From an uncultured Alphaproteobacteria bacterium (GTDB taxonomy: Bacteria > Pseudomonadota > Alphaproteobacteria > CAAGCB01 > CAG-977): 64,000 nt of DNA. Numbering within the stretch: position 1 is the first letter of the stretch; each line of letters starts with the position of its first letter. Shown here piece by piece: positions 1-10,557 of this stretch. Under the pieces are notes generated by a model. It was not told where the DNA came from, searched no databases, and was given only the letters and a program-made list of their open reading frames with translations. The translations under genes and the position numbers were made by a program. The stretch spans positions 18,443 to 82,442 of the forward strand of contig CALXOZ010000007.1 of the NCBI GenBank assembly GCA_944390195.1, given 5' to 3'.

Positions 1-175
1 CCGCATTCATCAAACGGGCGGATTGGGCGGCGTAATTTGAAAATTGTTTTTCGCCTTTTTCTTGAAAAGCGGTGATAAAATCACGCCAATGAGCTCTGAT
101 TTGACCGTTCGTGTCGATTAGTTCATTATATCCGCCCGTCGGACAAAAAACCGGATAGGAAAAAAGGGGGTGCAT
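1..175 (-). CDS. Partial CDS, N-terminus only, running off the window start. Resembles COG2308-like circularly permuted ATP-grasp family proteins.
   Basis: Not in the ORF track. Reverse complement from the ATG (complement of 173-175) reads MHPLFSYPVFCPTGGYNELIDTNGQIRAHWRDFITAFQEKGEKQF... and continues to position 1 without a stop. The N-terminal pattern Y-E-L-D-x-G-x-R-x-H-W resembles COG2308 proteins, from memory. Confidence 0.35.
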   Translation of the reverse strand, partial: MHPLFSYPVFCPTGGYNELIDTNGQIRAHWRDFITAFQEKGEKQFSNYAAQSARLMNA

Positions 176-262
176 AAAAAATGCCTTTACTGTCTTTTTA
201 TTTTTAAGATAAAAAAATAAGAGGTTATTAATATTTTTCAACTTAATTTTTACGGAAAAGCC

Positions 263-1033
263 ATGAAGCTGAAAAGCGAAATCATATTTTTCATGTTTGT
301 TTCTTCAGGCTTGACAGTTTCTTTTTTTCATTGTTTCGGGACGAAAGCCCGTTTAATACTGCCTGTCTTGTTGCTCATCGCTTTTATAACAACGGTTTTT
401 GTTTCGTTTTTTTCTCCGGATTGGCGGAAAAAAATGTTTGATTTCTCTTTGAAAATGCAACCGCTGGCGGCTGTGGTCTTTTGTGTCGCTTTTATCTTGT
501 CTTTTTCAAAAGTGCCGATGGTTTTACCGATGCTGTTTGTTACGCTTGTTTTGAACACGATGTGTCTGTGCCGGTGTTTTGAAAATAAAACACGTTTATC
601 CGCTTTTGCTTTTTATTCTTGCTGTTTGGCAGGAGCGGTTCTTGGAGGAACGTTTTCTTGCTTCATTCCTGCGACATCCGGATTCATCTTTTTCGTTCTT
701 GCCGGTCTGCTTTGCCGTCCTTGTGAAAGGAATAGGACTTTTGAGGAAATCTGGAAAGATATTGCACTGCCTTTGTTCGTGTTGCTGTGTTCCTTCGCTT
801 TGTTCCTGACAACGAAACATTCGGACAATTTTCCGGATATCATCGCTGAATCGATTGTCATGGTCATGATTGGAATCTTTCTTATGCCTTCCAAAGTTTC
901 AGGACTCAGATTGATGTTGCTGACGGTCGTTTTGATGATATTCGGCAGTTATGTGTTCTCTTTGAAAAATCCGGCTTCCGTTTTTCACCAACAATTCCGG
1001 ACACTGCTCACAAGCAATTATAAGGCAATGTAG
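263..1033 (+). CDS. Hypothetical polytopic inner-membrane protein, about 8 predicted TM segments.
   Basis: 256-aa ORF that is very hydrophobic, Cys/Phe-rich and has multiple 20-aa hydrophobic stretches. I recognise no family. Confidence 0.4.
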   Translation: MKLKSEIIFFMFVSSGLTVSFFHCFGTKARLILPVLLLIAFITTVFVSFFSPDWRKKMFDFSLKMQPLAAVVFCVAFILSFSKVPMVLPMLFVTLVLNTMCLCRCFENKTRLSAFAFYSCCLAGAVLGGTFSCFIPATSGFIFFVLAGLLCRPCERNRTFEEIWKDIALPLFVLLCSFALFLTTKHSDNFPDIIAESIVMVMIGIFLMPSKVSGLRLMLLTVVLMIFGSYVFSLKNPASVFHQQFRTLLTSNYKAM

Positions 1034-1034
1034 C

Positions 1035-1508
1035 TTAATGTGTTTTCCGAAAATCCGCCGGATCTTGGAAATATTCGCAACGCCATAATCCGAGCTTGTT
1101 TTTCATGGCAAAAAGTTCTTCGTTGAAAAAACGGGTGTCATATTTTGAGCTTACAGCCCAGCCGTTTTCAACCATAAGAGCGTTAAGGCTGAATTCCCGA
1201 CCGTCTTTTTCAATAAAGCATTCAGCAATCAACCGACCGTAAAAATCACGACCGGTAGAACGGCATGAAACAGAGCGGGAACCGATTAAACGGTAAAGTT
1301 CTTTTTTCGCAACCAAACCGCAATCCGAATTTTCGCCGGCGCAACGGCACATTTGTTTTAATTCCGGAGCATCAATTCCGACCAGCCGGACTTTTTGTTT
1401 CCCGATAAAAAGCGTGTCTCCGTCAATGACCGATTGATACCGTTCGGCAAGGAAAGAAAAACTGATGCCGGCAAGAAAAACGACAACATACTTTATGATA
1501 CGCATCAA
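1035..1508 (-). CDS. Secreted thermonuclease / staphylococcal-nuclease-like (SNase) protein.
   Basis: 157 aa. N-terminal signal-like segment, then DGDTLFIGKQKVRLVGIDAPE, which matches the SNase D-G-D-T...R-L-x-G-I-D-A-P-E active-site motif. Confidence 0.65.
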   Translation of the reverse strand: MMRIIKYVVVFLAGISFSFLAERYQSVIDGDTLFIGKQKVRLVGIDAPELKQMCRCAGENSDCGLVAKKELYRLIGSRSVSCRSTGRDFYGRLIAECFIEKDGREFSLNALMVENGWAVSSKYDTRFFNEELFAMKNKLGLWRCEYFQDPADFRKTH

Positions 1509-1589
1509 AAAAACCGTTTCCGACTGGTTATTTAAAGGGATTTTGGTTAAACTGTTTTATCGGGCGATCAGAACACGGAGCCGTATGCA

Positions 1590-4500
1590 ATGTCAAAAAA
1601 AATTTTATGTTTACTGTTATTTTCGGGTATTGTCTTTTTCCATACTTCTGTTTATGCGGAATCTTCGCTGTTTGTCCGGCGTATGGTTCCCGAAGGAACA
1701 GAAGTCAAGCCCACGGATAAGATTGTTTTTGAATTCAGCGAACAGGTTGTCCCTTTAGGAAAGATGGAGCGTTCGGACAACCAAGTCCCGATTGACATCA
1801 AACCGCGATTGAATTGTCAGTGGCGTTGGTTGAACCAATCGTCATTGGGGTGTTTTTTGTCATCAAATGATGGTTTGAAGCCTTCGACTTCTTATCAAAT
1901 AGATGTTTTAAAAGGCTTTACGGCTTTATCCGGAGCGCAAATGGCAAGCAAACAGTCTTTTGTTTTGGAAACCGTCCGTCCCGAAATCAATCCGTCTTAT
2001 TCCCGTTTTATACGTTTTGTGAATCCCGAACGCCCTCAGTGGAAAATATACTTTAATACGGCGGCGGAACCGGAATCCGTTCAGAAACATATTTTTTTCG
2101 AGGTCGGGGATAAAAGGGTCGAAGTCCGTGTTACGCAAGAGCAATGTCAAACGGGAAAAAAGGACTGTTTTACGCAATACTTTGTTGAACCCGTTGAAGA
2201 TTTGGGGATAGACCGGTCTTATGAGTTGAGGTACGAAGCCGGCTTTAAATCCGTTCAAGGCGGTTCTTTGGACTCTCGGAAAGAAGGTGTGATCGGACGG
2301 GCGAAGACGTTGCCCGCATTTAAAGCCGAAGCATTGCAATGTTATGCAAAGGATTTTTCGTTAAAATCGTACACGCCGCAGGAAACAAGAGCAAACCCGC
2401 CGGAATGTTTGTTTGATTATCCTGTCAATATCGTGTTGTCCGGTGAAACGGTATTGGAAAATGTCGGGGATTTTTTAAAGACAAAGCCTCTATTGTCAAT
2501 TCAGGAAAGACCTCAAGTGTCGAACTTGATTTCGATGTATGCTCCGCAAGCGGAAAGTTTTTACAGTATTTCTCTGTCTGACCAATTGATTGACGTTTGG
2601 GGTTCGCCTCTTCAACAACCTGTCGAGTTTTTCTTCCGTTCCGGTTCGCGCAGTCCTCAATTGGATTTACCTTATTCTTCAGTGGTGTTGGAAAGCGGCG
2701 AAAAAACCAGAGCCGTTGGATATGCAACCAATTTAAATCAGGTCAAGATAGATTTTAAAGGGTTTGATGCGCAAAAAAGCATTTCCGGTTCATATGATAT
2801 CCCCGAGATTTCCTCTTTGATCAAAAATGAACCCTATCCGTTTGATTACGGCATTCGTTCCATGTTGAATGATAAAACAGGTTTTATAGCGGGGACTGTT
2901 AAATCTGTTCCTGAATTATCCGGCAATTATGTTTTTACGGCTTCGGTAACCCCGTGGCAGGTTGTCGCCAAAATCGGATGGAAAAACTCGTTGGTTTGGG
3001 TCGTCGATTTAAAAACCGGAAAGCCGGTTCGCGAGGCAACGGTCGAGTTATCCGCCCGTCCGCTTTTTTCTTCCGGTGACCACAAAGAGCAATTGCAACT
3101 GGTTCGCACGGATGAAACGGGGCGTGCCGTTTTAAAAGGATACGAAAAATTCGATCCGGAAGCTAAATTTTTAAACCAATGGGAACCGGATAAGGACTTT
3201 TTGTTTTTAACGGTTTCCAAAGGAAACGACATCGCCGTTCTTCCTTTGAAAAACGAGTTTTCCTTATCGGCGGGAAGCTTAAGCGATTGGGCTGTTTATA
3301 GTGTTTATTCTCCGGAACCTTATCTTTATTTGCGCGCTTTCGGCTTTACGCCGCAGGGAGTGTACCGTCCTGAAGATACAGTTGATTTTAAAATTTATGT
3401 TCGGCAAATAGACAATGAAGGAAAATCGGGGAAAGCCCCTGCAAGCGGTTATGATTTGATGGTAACGGATTCTTCTGGCAAAAGTGTTTACGAACAAAAG
3501 AATTTGTCTTTGTCGGAATTCGGAGCGTTTGACGGTGGTTTTTCATTGCCGTCGACGGCACCGAGTGGATGGTACAATGTTGTTTTAAAATATAAAGACG
3601 CTTCTTTGTATCCGATACGTTTTCTTGTTTCCGATTTTTCCGCTCCGTCATTCAAGTCTTCCACGGAAATCGATTCCGGTGTTGTGAATGCAAAGGAAAA
3701 AGTGGAAGTTGTTTCTCGCGCTTCGTTGTTTTCCGGTGGGGCGTATGCCAAAGCGAAAATGCGCCAAAGCGCTGTGCTGTCCTTTGCTTCCTTTTCTGTC
3801 AAGGTGGGGGATAAGGATTTCAGCTTCAATCCGGATCTGTCCAATGAAGATTATGCGTCGGAAATTCTGATTGATCAAGAAGGCAGCGGTGATGAAAAAG
3901 GAGAGTTAAGACAGACGTTCATTTTGCCTGTATCTGAAAAACCGCATGGGAAAATACGTTTTGAAACAAAAGTTTTTGATGATTCCGGACGTTCTGTTTC
4001 TTCTTTCGCCGTTGCGGATTATTTTGCCGTTGACAGGCTTGTCGGGTTGAGAAACGGAACGGAAACGGCTGTTGTCGGAAAGCCTGTCGATATGGAATAT
4101 GTCGTTGTCGATCCTCGAAAGAAACTTGTTGCTGGCGTTCCTGTCAATGTTGTTTTTTCTCGGAAAATAAACAAGCTGATACGCGAAAAGTCGGCAGGCA
4201 ACGCCTATTTGATGAAATATGTTCAGGAAGATCAAAAGGTCGCGGAATGTATGGGAATGAGCGCGACGGAAATACAAAAATGCTCTTTTATCCCTGAAAA
4301 AAGCGGCTTGTATAAGGCGACGGCGATTATTAACGGGTATTCTTCCGATTTGATGTTTTATGTCGACGGATCCGATTATGTTCCTTGGGCGTTTGCAGAA
4401 AACCGTTTGAAAATCGTTCCGGATAAAAAAGTGTATCAAACAGGAGACACCATTACTTTAACTGTGGAAAATCCTGTTCCGGGGGCTCAAGCGTTAATCA

Positions 4501-7112
4501 CTGTCGAACGTTACGGCGTTTTGGAATCGTTTGTTCAAAAACTCGATCAATCTGTGGATCAAATAAAAATTCCTGTAAAACCGGACTTTTTCCCTGGCGT
4601 ATATCTTTCCGTCGCAGTGTTTTCACAACGTGTGGAACCTTCCGGAAAATCATCTTCGCTTGATTTGGGAAAACCGGCTCAGTGGACGGGATATTTAAAG
4701 GTCGCCGTAGAAGATCCTTCCAACCGGATAAAAGTCGATATCCGTCCGTCAAAAAAGGAATACCGTCCCGGTGAAAAAATGACAGTTCAAATAAATGCGT
4801 CCGTCCAAACGCAAACGCGTCCACCGATCGAAGCGGCGGTCGTCGTTGTCGATGAAGCGGTGTTGTCTTTGCTTCCCGACGGAGTGAAGCGCTTTGATCC
4901 GTATGAAGGATTGAACAAACTTGGTAGTCTGGATGTTCGGACATACAGTTTGATACAACAGTTGATCGGGCGCCAGTCGGTGGAAAAAAAGGGAGCCGAT
5001 CAGGGCGGGGACGGCGGTTCCGATTTTGCTGTGCGCGATGTCTTTAAATTTGTCGGTTATTTCAATCCCTCTATCAAACTTGACGCGAACGGGACAGGGT
5101 CTTTTGAAATGACGATGCCGGACAATTTGACGGGATGGAAAATTATTGTCTTGGCTGTTAGTCCGGAAGATCTGAGTGGGATGGGACAAGCGGAAGTAAC
5201 CGTAACCCGCCCGTTGGAAATTAGGGCATTGTTACCGAACCGGTTGCGTACGGGGGATATATTTTATCCCGCCGTGTCCGTTTTTAACCGAACGAACCGG
5301 GACGCGGTATTGACGGTTTCCATGCAAGCTGAAGGTGATTTGGTTTCAACGGCGGTTGATGAAAAACAAATGAGGTTGCAAGCGTTTGAACGTAAAAAAG
5401 TTACATTTTCTCCTGTTAAGGCATATTTGAAACCTGAAGAAATGAAAGGGGCGGTTTCTTTGACATTCAAAGCTGATGACGGAGAAAATCGCGATGCTTT
5501 GAAACAACGGGTAGATGTTTTGAATTTGACGACACAACAAACGGCGGCATTGTTTGGCAGTGCGGAAGCGGGAAAAACAGAGATACCCGTTGATGTGCCT
5601 TCGGAAATCGAAAAATATGCGGGCGATTTGTCCGTATCGGTTTCTTGCAATGTTTTAAACGGTGTAACGCCGGTATTGCAAGCAATGCGCGATTATCCGT
5701 ATCCGTGCTGGGAACAGAAGATCAGTCGGGCAATTGCCGCAAGTGTTTATGTCGATCAACAAAACGCGATCGGATCGGGGGTATGGGACGATGCTCGAAA
5801 ATTCGTTTCGCAAATGTTGGATCAGGCGGCTTCATATCAAGCGCCGAACGGCGGAATGACCTATTTTGTTGCCCGAAATGATTTGGTCAGCCCTTATTTG
5901 TCGGCTTATACGGCGTATGCTTTTGATTTTCTGGAACGCCACGGTTACAGTATCCCACAGCAAGTCAAAGAAAAATTAACAGCATATTTATCGGACTTTT
6001 TTAAACGTACGGATGATTCCACAGATCGGAAAACGGTGTTGACGACACGGTTGTTATCTGCCGCCTTTTTAAAAAGGCAAGGGGTTGTCAAAGACGCTGA
6101 TATTATGGTTTTCGATCGTTCTGTGCCGTTGATGACGGCGTTTGACAAAGCTCTTTATCTGCAATTAGATCCGGATAATCCTTTGATTTTGAAAGACTTG
6201 ATGAATCAATCCCATCAAACTTCCGGCAGTCTGGTATTTAAAGAAACAGGTCAAAAAGATTATACGCTTTTGTCGTCTTCCTCAAAGACGACGTGTATGG
6301 CTTTGCTTGCCGTTTCCGATATCGACCTTGACATGGCGGAACGTTTGATGCGGGGGGCATACACTTTGCGAACTCCGGACGGGACATGGGAAAATACGCA
6401 AGCCAACGCCTTTTGTCTGATGGGACTTCAGACGTATGCCAAAAAAGCACAGTCCGGCAAGATCGATCTGGATATACAGGCTTTGTTTGATCGTAAAGAA
6501 CTTTTATCAGCATCATGTCGCCGCCAATCGGATCCTGCGTTTGAAAAGAAAATTTCCTTGTTACCCGATCAAGCCGGCAAAAAAGATCGACTGGAGTTGA
6601 ACGCCAAAGGGCAAGGGCGTTATTATTATTCAACAAATTTATCGTATCCGTCCGATCTGAATCAATCGGTGAATGCCGGTATCGAACTGAAACGGGAATA
6701 TTTTGTTTACCGTAATGGCGCTTATGTTCCGCTTGAGCGCTCCGATTCTTTGAAACAAGGGGAAAATGTCAAAGTAACGTTGACATTGAATAACCCTGTT
6801 CCTCAATATTTCATTGCTTTGACGGATCCGGTGGCAGGCGCTTTTGAACCTGTTAACGCCTTGCTGGCGATATCGTCTCAAAGCGATCAGGAAAGGGTGC
6901 AAGATCAAGACGGAACTTTTATAAAAGACATCGGTCATGATTTTGTCGGCTTTTATGCGCAATATTTGCCGGCGGGAGTGCATCAGGTTTCTTACTTGGC
7001 TCAAGTCGTTTGCGCCGGAGAATTTACAGCTTTTCCGGCGAAAGCGGAAGCAATGTACACTCCGGACATTTTTGGTTTGACAGCACGGGATATGATCAAG
7101 GTTGAACCGTAG
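1590..7112 (+). CDS. Alpha-2-macroglobulin family protein, large periplasmic thioester-type protease inhibitor.
   Basis: 1840-aa ORF with an N-terminal signal peptide (MSKKILCLLLFSGIVFFHTSVYA). CWEQ at nt 5706-5717 (YPYPCWEQ) matches the thioester CxEQ motif. It overlaps and is co-oriented with the downstream pbpC, which is the classic bacterial A2M-PbpC pair. Confidence 0.85.
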   Translation: MSKKILCLLLFSGIVFFHTSVYAESSLFVRRMVPEGTEVKPTDKIVFEFSEQVVPLGKMERSDNQVPIDIKPRLNCQWRWLNQSSLGCFLSSNDGLKPSTSYQIDVLKGFTALSGAQMASKQSFVLETVRPEINPSYSRFIRFVNPERPQWKIYFNTAAEPESVQKHIFFEVGDKRVEVRVTQEQCQTGKKDCFTQYFVEPVEDLGIDRSYELRYEAGFKSVQGGSLDSRKEGVIGRAKTLPAFKAEALQCYAKDFSLKSYTPQETRANPPECLFDYPVNIVLSGETVLENVGDFLKTKPLLSIQERPQVSNLISMYAPQAESFYSISLSDQLIDVWGSPLQQPVEFFFRSGSRSPQLDLPYSSVVLESGEKTRAVGYATNLNQVKIDFKGFDAQKSISGSYDIPEISSLIKNEPYPFDYGIRSMLNDKTGFIAGTVKSVPELSGNYVFTASVTPWQVVAKIGWKNSLVWVVDLKTGKPVREATVELSARPLFSSGDHKEQLQLVRTDETGRAVLKGYEKFDPEAKFLNQWEPDKDFLFLTVSKGNDIAVLPLKNEFSLSAGSLSDWAVYSVYSPEPYLYLRAFGFTPQGVYRPEDTVDFKIYVRQIDNEGKSGKAPASGYDLMVTDSSGKSVYEQKNLSLSEFGAFDGGFSLPSTAPSGWYNVVLKYKDASLYPIRFLVSDFSAPSFKSSTEIDSGVVNAKEKVEVVSRASLFSGGAYAKAKMRQSAVLSFASFSVKVGDKDFSFNPDLSNEDYASEILIDQEGSGDEKGELRQTFILPVSEKPHGKIRFETKVFDDSGRSVSSFAVADYFAVDRLVGLRNGTETAVVGKPVDMEYVVVDPRKKLVAGVPVNVVFSRKINKLIREKSAGNAYLMKYVQEDQKVAECMGMSATEIQKCSFIPEKSGLYKATAIINGYSSDLMFYVDGSDYVPWAFAENRLKIVPDKKVYQTGDTITLTVENPVPGAQALITVERYGVLESFVQKLDQSVDQIKIPVKPDFFPGVYLSVAVFSQRVEPSGKSSSLDLGKPAQWTGYLKVAVEDPSNRIKVDIRPSKKEYRPGEKMTVQINASVQTQTRPPIEAAVVVVDEAVLSLLPDGVKRFDPYEGLNKLGSLDVRTYSLIQQLIGRQSVEKKGADQGGDGGSDFAVRDVFKFVGYFNPSIKLDANGTGSFEMTMPDNLTGWKIIVLAVSPEDLSGMGQAEVTVTRPLEIRALLPNRLRTGDIFYPAVSVFNRTNRDAVLTVSMQAEGDLVSTAVDEKQMRLQAFERKKVTFSPVKAYLKPEEMKGAVSLTFKADDGENRDALKQRVDVLNLTTQQTAALFGSAEAGKTEIPVDVPSEIEKYAGDLSVSVSCNVLNGVTPVLQAMRDYPYPCWEQKISRAIAASVYVDQQNAIGSGVWDDARKFVSQMLDQAASYQAPNGGMTYFVARNDLVSPYLSAYTAYAFDFLERHGYSIPQQVKEKLTAYLSDFFKRTDDSTDRKTVLTTRLLSAAFLKRQGVVKDADIMVFDRSVPLMTAFDKALYLQLDPDNPLILKDLMNQSHQTSGSLVFKETGQKDYTLLSSSSKTTCMALLAVSDIDLDMAERLMRGAYTLRTPDGTWENTQANAFCLMGLQTYAKKAQSGKIDLDIQALFDRKELLSASCRRQSDPAFEKKISLLPDQAGKKDRLELNAKGQGRYYYSTNLSYPSDLNQSVNAGIELKREYFVYRNGAYVPLERSDSLKQGENVKVTLTLNNPVPQYFIALTDPVAGAFEPVNALLAISSQSDQERVQDQDGTFIKDIGHDFVGFYAQYLPAGVHQVSYLAQVVCAGEFTAFPAKAEAMYTPDIFGLTARDMIKVEP

Positions 7113-9225
7113 TTTGAAAAAACAAGTTGTTTTCGGTGTGGCGGCGGTTATCTTGTGCCTGAGTGTCATACTGGCGGCTGTTTTTATGAAAACAGCCGCT
7201 TTGCCGGATTCTTTCGACCGGTTGGTTGGCGAATCCGGTAAAACTCAATTTTTGGATTCATCGGGAGAAATACTGAATGCGTCTTATCAAAGCTATTGGA
7301 ATGTTCATGACCGGTTGAAGTTATACGAGATACCGCCGTTATTGGTGAAAATGTTCGTTTTTTCGGAAGATAAAAACTTTTATGAGCATTCCGGCGTTGA
7401 TTTTTTGGCAAAAGCGGCGGCATTTGTTCAAAATGTCAAAGCCTTGAAAATCGTTCGAGGAGCCAGTTCCCTAAGTGAGCAGGTTGTTCGCATGATCGTT
7501 CCCAGAACGCGGACTTTTTTTTCAAAGATCGTGGAAGGTGTTGATGCCGTTCGATTAGAACACCGGTTTTTAAAAAATGACATTTTAGAGTTTTATCTTA
7601 ATCAGGTTCCGTACTCTTCCAACAGACGGGGGATAAAACAAGCGGCTGCATATTATTTTTCAAAGACTCCCGATCGTTTGACAATACGGGAAATGGCGGC
7701 GTTGGTTGTTTTAATCAGAGCTCCGTCTTCGTATGACTTGTATCGTTTTCCTGAAAGGACTGAAGCTTTGATCGACCGGCAGTTGAAAAAATTTAAAGAC
7801 AACAGCCTTATCAACGAACAAGAGTATCAAAGCGCTTTGAAAGAACGGATACAGCTTGTCCCTCCCGAATTGATTGTGTCCGCCAATCATTTTTTGGAAT
7901 ATGTGCGTTTTCTTGAATTGCCCAGTGGACAAGCGATTGAAACGACGTTGGACGCTTTTTTTCAAAAAAAGATATCGGATCTGACACGTCAGCGTTTGAA
8001 AGATTTGCGTTACAGGCATGTGTCAAATGCAGCCGTTTTGGTTGTTGAACGTGAAAGCGGTCGTATTTTATCTTGGGGTGTTGAAAGCACGGATGAAAAA
8101 ACAGCGGCTATTAATGCAGTTTTGGTGGCGCGTCAACCGGCGTCCGCGCAAAAACCGCTACTATATGCTTTGGCGTTGACAAAAGGGATGAGAAGCTGGA
8201 CGGAGATAAACGACGCTCCTTTTTCAAGACCCGTCGGGCAAGGGATCCATCACTTTAAAAACTACAGCCGCACGCATTATGGAAAAGTTACAATGCGTGA
8301 AGCTTTGGGAAATTCGTTGAATATTCCCGCATTGAAAACGATCGAATTTACAGGGATAAAAACGTACTTCGATTTTTTGAAACGCACGGGGTTTTCAGGG
8401 TTGGACAAGCCGTTTGATTTTTATCGGGAAGGGCTGGCTTTGGGAAACGCCGAGGTAACATTGTTCGATTTGACGCGGGCTTATTTGATGTTGGCGAATG
8501 CGGGCGTGTTAAAACCTTTGAAGGCTTTTGAAGGGCAGGAAACCGAGCCTGAAAAACGCGTTCTGCCAGAAACGTCGGCGACTTTGATCGGTAATATCCT
8601 GTCAGATCCTTTGGCAAGGCAATTGGAATTCGGATCGGACAGCATTTTGAATTTTCCCGTACAGACTGCTGTAAAAACAGGGACTTCGACGGATTATCGG
8701 GACGCGTGGGCCATGGGATATAATTCGGATTTCGTTGTCGGTGTGTGGATGGGGAATTTGGACTATCGCCCGATGCTCAATGTAACAGGGGCGGTCGGAC
8801 CGGCGTTATTGCTCCGTTCCGTTTTCGGCGAGCTTAATAAAATGAAAAAAGGGAAGCCCCTTTATTTATCACCGTCTTTAAAAGAAAGGAAAATCGCCGG
8901 AAAGACGGAATATTTTGATCCTGATATTCCGGAAACCGTTTTTTTTGATGATGTCGATCCGGTTGTGGTTTCTCCTGCCGGATCCGTGTCAATAGCGTTG
9001 GATCCGCGTGTGCCGGAACAATATCAAGCTTATCCTTTTTCAATTTCTTTTTTGCCCGAAGGGGCGAGTGTTGTCTGGTCGGTAGACGGGAAAGAATGTA
9101 AAACCGTTCAAACAGACACTTTTTTGTGGCAACCTCGAAAAGGAAATCATACAGTGCAAGCCGAGATCATTTTAAATGATGGTAGGAAAATTATTTTGCC
9201 GCAACGCCGAATAAGCGTTCATTAA
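7102..9225 (+). CDS. pbpC: Penicillin-binding protein 1C, a bifunctional transglycosylase/transpeptidase.
   Basis: 707 aa. TTG start at 7102 overlaps the a2m stop. The glycosyltransferase motif EDKNFYEHSGVD is present, as are the transpeptidase SxxK (SAQK), SLN (SLNIP) and KTG (KTGTS) motifs. Paired with a2m. Confidence 0.85.
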   Translation: MNRSLKKQVVFGVAAVILCLSVILAAVFMKTAALPDSFDRLVGESGKTQFLDSSGEILNASYQSYWNVHDRLKLYEIPPLLVKMFVFSEDKNFYEHSGVDFLAKAAAFVQNVKALKIVRGASSLSEQVVRMIVPRTRTFFSKIVEGVDAVRLEHRFLKNDILEFYLNQVPYSSNRRGIKQAAAYYFSKTPDRLTIREMAALVVLIRAPSSYDLYRFPERTEALIDRQLKKFKDNSLINEQEYQSALKERIQLVPPELIVSANHFLEYVRFLELPSGQAIETTLDAFFQKKISDLTRQRLKDLRYRHVSNAAVLVVERESGRILSWGVESTDEKTAAINAVLVARQPASAQKPLLYALALTKGMRSWTEINDAPFSRPVGQGIHHFKNYSRTHYGKVTMREALGNSLNIPALKTIEFTGIKTYFDFLKRTGFSGLDKPFDFYREGLALGNAEVTLFDLTRAYLMLANAGVLKPLKAFEGQETEPEKRVLPETSATLIGNILSDPLARQLEFGSDSILNFPVQTAVKTGTSTDYRDAWAMGYNSDFVVGVWMGNLDYRPMLNVTGAVGPALLLRSVFGELNKMKKGKPLYLSPSLKERKIAGKTEYFDPDIPETVFFDDVDPVVVSPAGSVSIALDPRVPEQYQAYPFSISFLPEGASVVWSVDGKECKTVQTDTFLWQPRKGNHTVQAEIILNDGRKIILPQRRISVH

Positions 9226-9237
9226 AAAAGGAGTGCC

Positions 9238-10491
9238 ATGAAAAAACCAGAATTATTGTTACCGGCGGGATCTCCGGAAGCTTTGGAAACGGCTTTTTTA
9301 TATGGAGCCGACGCCGTTTATGCCGGATTATCCTCTTTGTCTTTGCGTACGACACGGGGGTTCAGCATGGAAACGCTTCGAGAGGCGATTGAAAAAGCGC
9401 ATCGGAAAAATAAGAAGATCTATCTGACGCTGAATCTTTTTTCAAAGAACAGCGATCTTGACAAGCTGTCCGGTTTTGCACAGACAGTGAATCTACTTGA
9501 TCCGGACGGTCTGATTGTTTCTGATCCCGGAGTGTTTATGTTTATGAAAAAACATGCGCCGTCCATACCATTACACATTTCCACCCAAGCCAATGTCGGA
9601 TCAAGCCTGACAGTTGACTTTTGGCGTTCTTTGGGGGCAAAAGCCTGTGTTTTATCCAGAGAAACGTCTTTTGCGGAGATTTGTGAGATCAAAAAACAAA
9701 TTCCCGACATGAAAATCGAGATGTTCATTCACGGTTCCATGTGTATGAGTTATTCCGGTCGTTGCCTTTTATCTTCTTTTTTGACGGGACGCAGCGCGAA
9801 TCGAGGGCAATGCGCGCATGTATGCCGTTGGAAATATAAATTGTTTTTACAAGAGGAAAGCCGTCCGTTTGAGTTTTTCCCGATACAGGAAGATGAACGC
9901 GGAACATATATCATGAATTCCAAAGACCTTTGTTTGATGCCGAAATTGGATTTGATTTTAAAGGCTGGAATTGATTTGTTAAAAGTCGAAGGGCGCAACA
10001 AAACGCCTTATTATGTCGCTCAAACGGCGAGAGTGTATCGCAAAGCCATCGACGATTGGTTTGAAAATCCGGATGATTGGGATTTCAAACCGTATCAAGC
10101 GGAGTTGGATACATTGCAAAACAGGGGGTATACGTTCGGTTTTTTTGACGGTGTTCCGGACGGTTGCGCACAAAATTACGAATCGACGCAAAGTGTGTCG
10201 GAATACCGTAATGCGGCGGTGATTTCCGATTGGACGGAGCAGGGGGCTGAAGCTGTCATTTACCAAAAAATAAACAGCGGAGACACATTGTCTTTTTTAT
10301 CACCGTATCATTTTTCTCCGGTCGATATAACCATTTCAAGGCTTATTGACGGTTTTTCTAAAAAAGAGGTTGACGTTCTTTCTCCGGGACGTGTCGGGCA
10401 AAGCATTTTCATACCGCGTTCTTTTTTCGGAAAATTCACTGCGGCGGAACTTCCCGTTTTCACAGTGGCACGCTTGAAAGTGAAAAGGTGA
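9238..10491 (+). CDS. Peptidase U32 family protein, collagenase-like (possibly RlhA/TrhP-type).
   Basis: 417 aa. N-terminus LLLPAGSPEALETAFLYGADAVYAG is typical of U32. Cys-rich C-terminal part CxxxxC...C. Confidence 0.8.
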   Translation: MKKPELLLPAGSPEALETAFLYGADAVYAGLSSLSLRTTRGFSMETLREAIEKAHRKNKKIYLTLNLFSKNSDLDKLSGFAQTVNLLDPDGLIVSDPGVFMFMKKHAPSIPLHISTQANVGSSLTVDFWRSLGAKACVLSRETSFAEICEIKKQIPDMKIEMFIHGSMCMSYSGRCLLSSFLTGRSANRGQCAHVCRWKYKLFLQEESRPFEFFPIQEDERGTYIMNSKDLCLMPKLDLILKAGIDLLKVEGRNKTPYYVAQTARVYRKAIDDWFENPDDWDFKPYQAELDTLQNRGYTFGFFDGVPDGCAQNYESTQSVSEYRNAAVISDWTEQGAEAVIYQKINSGDTLSFLSPYHFSPVDITISRLIDGFSKKEVDVLSPGRVGQSIFIPRSFFGKFTAAELPVFTVARLKVKR

Positions 10492-10518
10492 AATAGCATT
10501 TTGATTTCCGGCTTACTT

Positions 10519-10540
10519 TTGCTAAGATGGCTCTTAGCAG
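10519..10540. promoter_or_regulatory. Perfect 8-bp inverted repeat TGCTAAGA-tggc-TCTTAGCA in the U32 to lipoprotein intergenic region.
   Basis: Seen directly, 18 bp upstream of the ATG at 10558. No flanking U-run on the appropriate side, so it is not a canonical terminator. Possible operator or RNA hairpin. Confidence 0.25.
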
Positions 10541-10557
10541 AAAAATGAGGATCTTAA

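Noticed and set aside
1926-7169. Numerous 60-180-aa antisense or out-of-frame ORFs inside a2m (for example 3906-4439, 6639-7169)
   Set aside because: They are embedded in a long, motif-supported CDS, and none has an RBS or recognisable domain.
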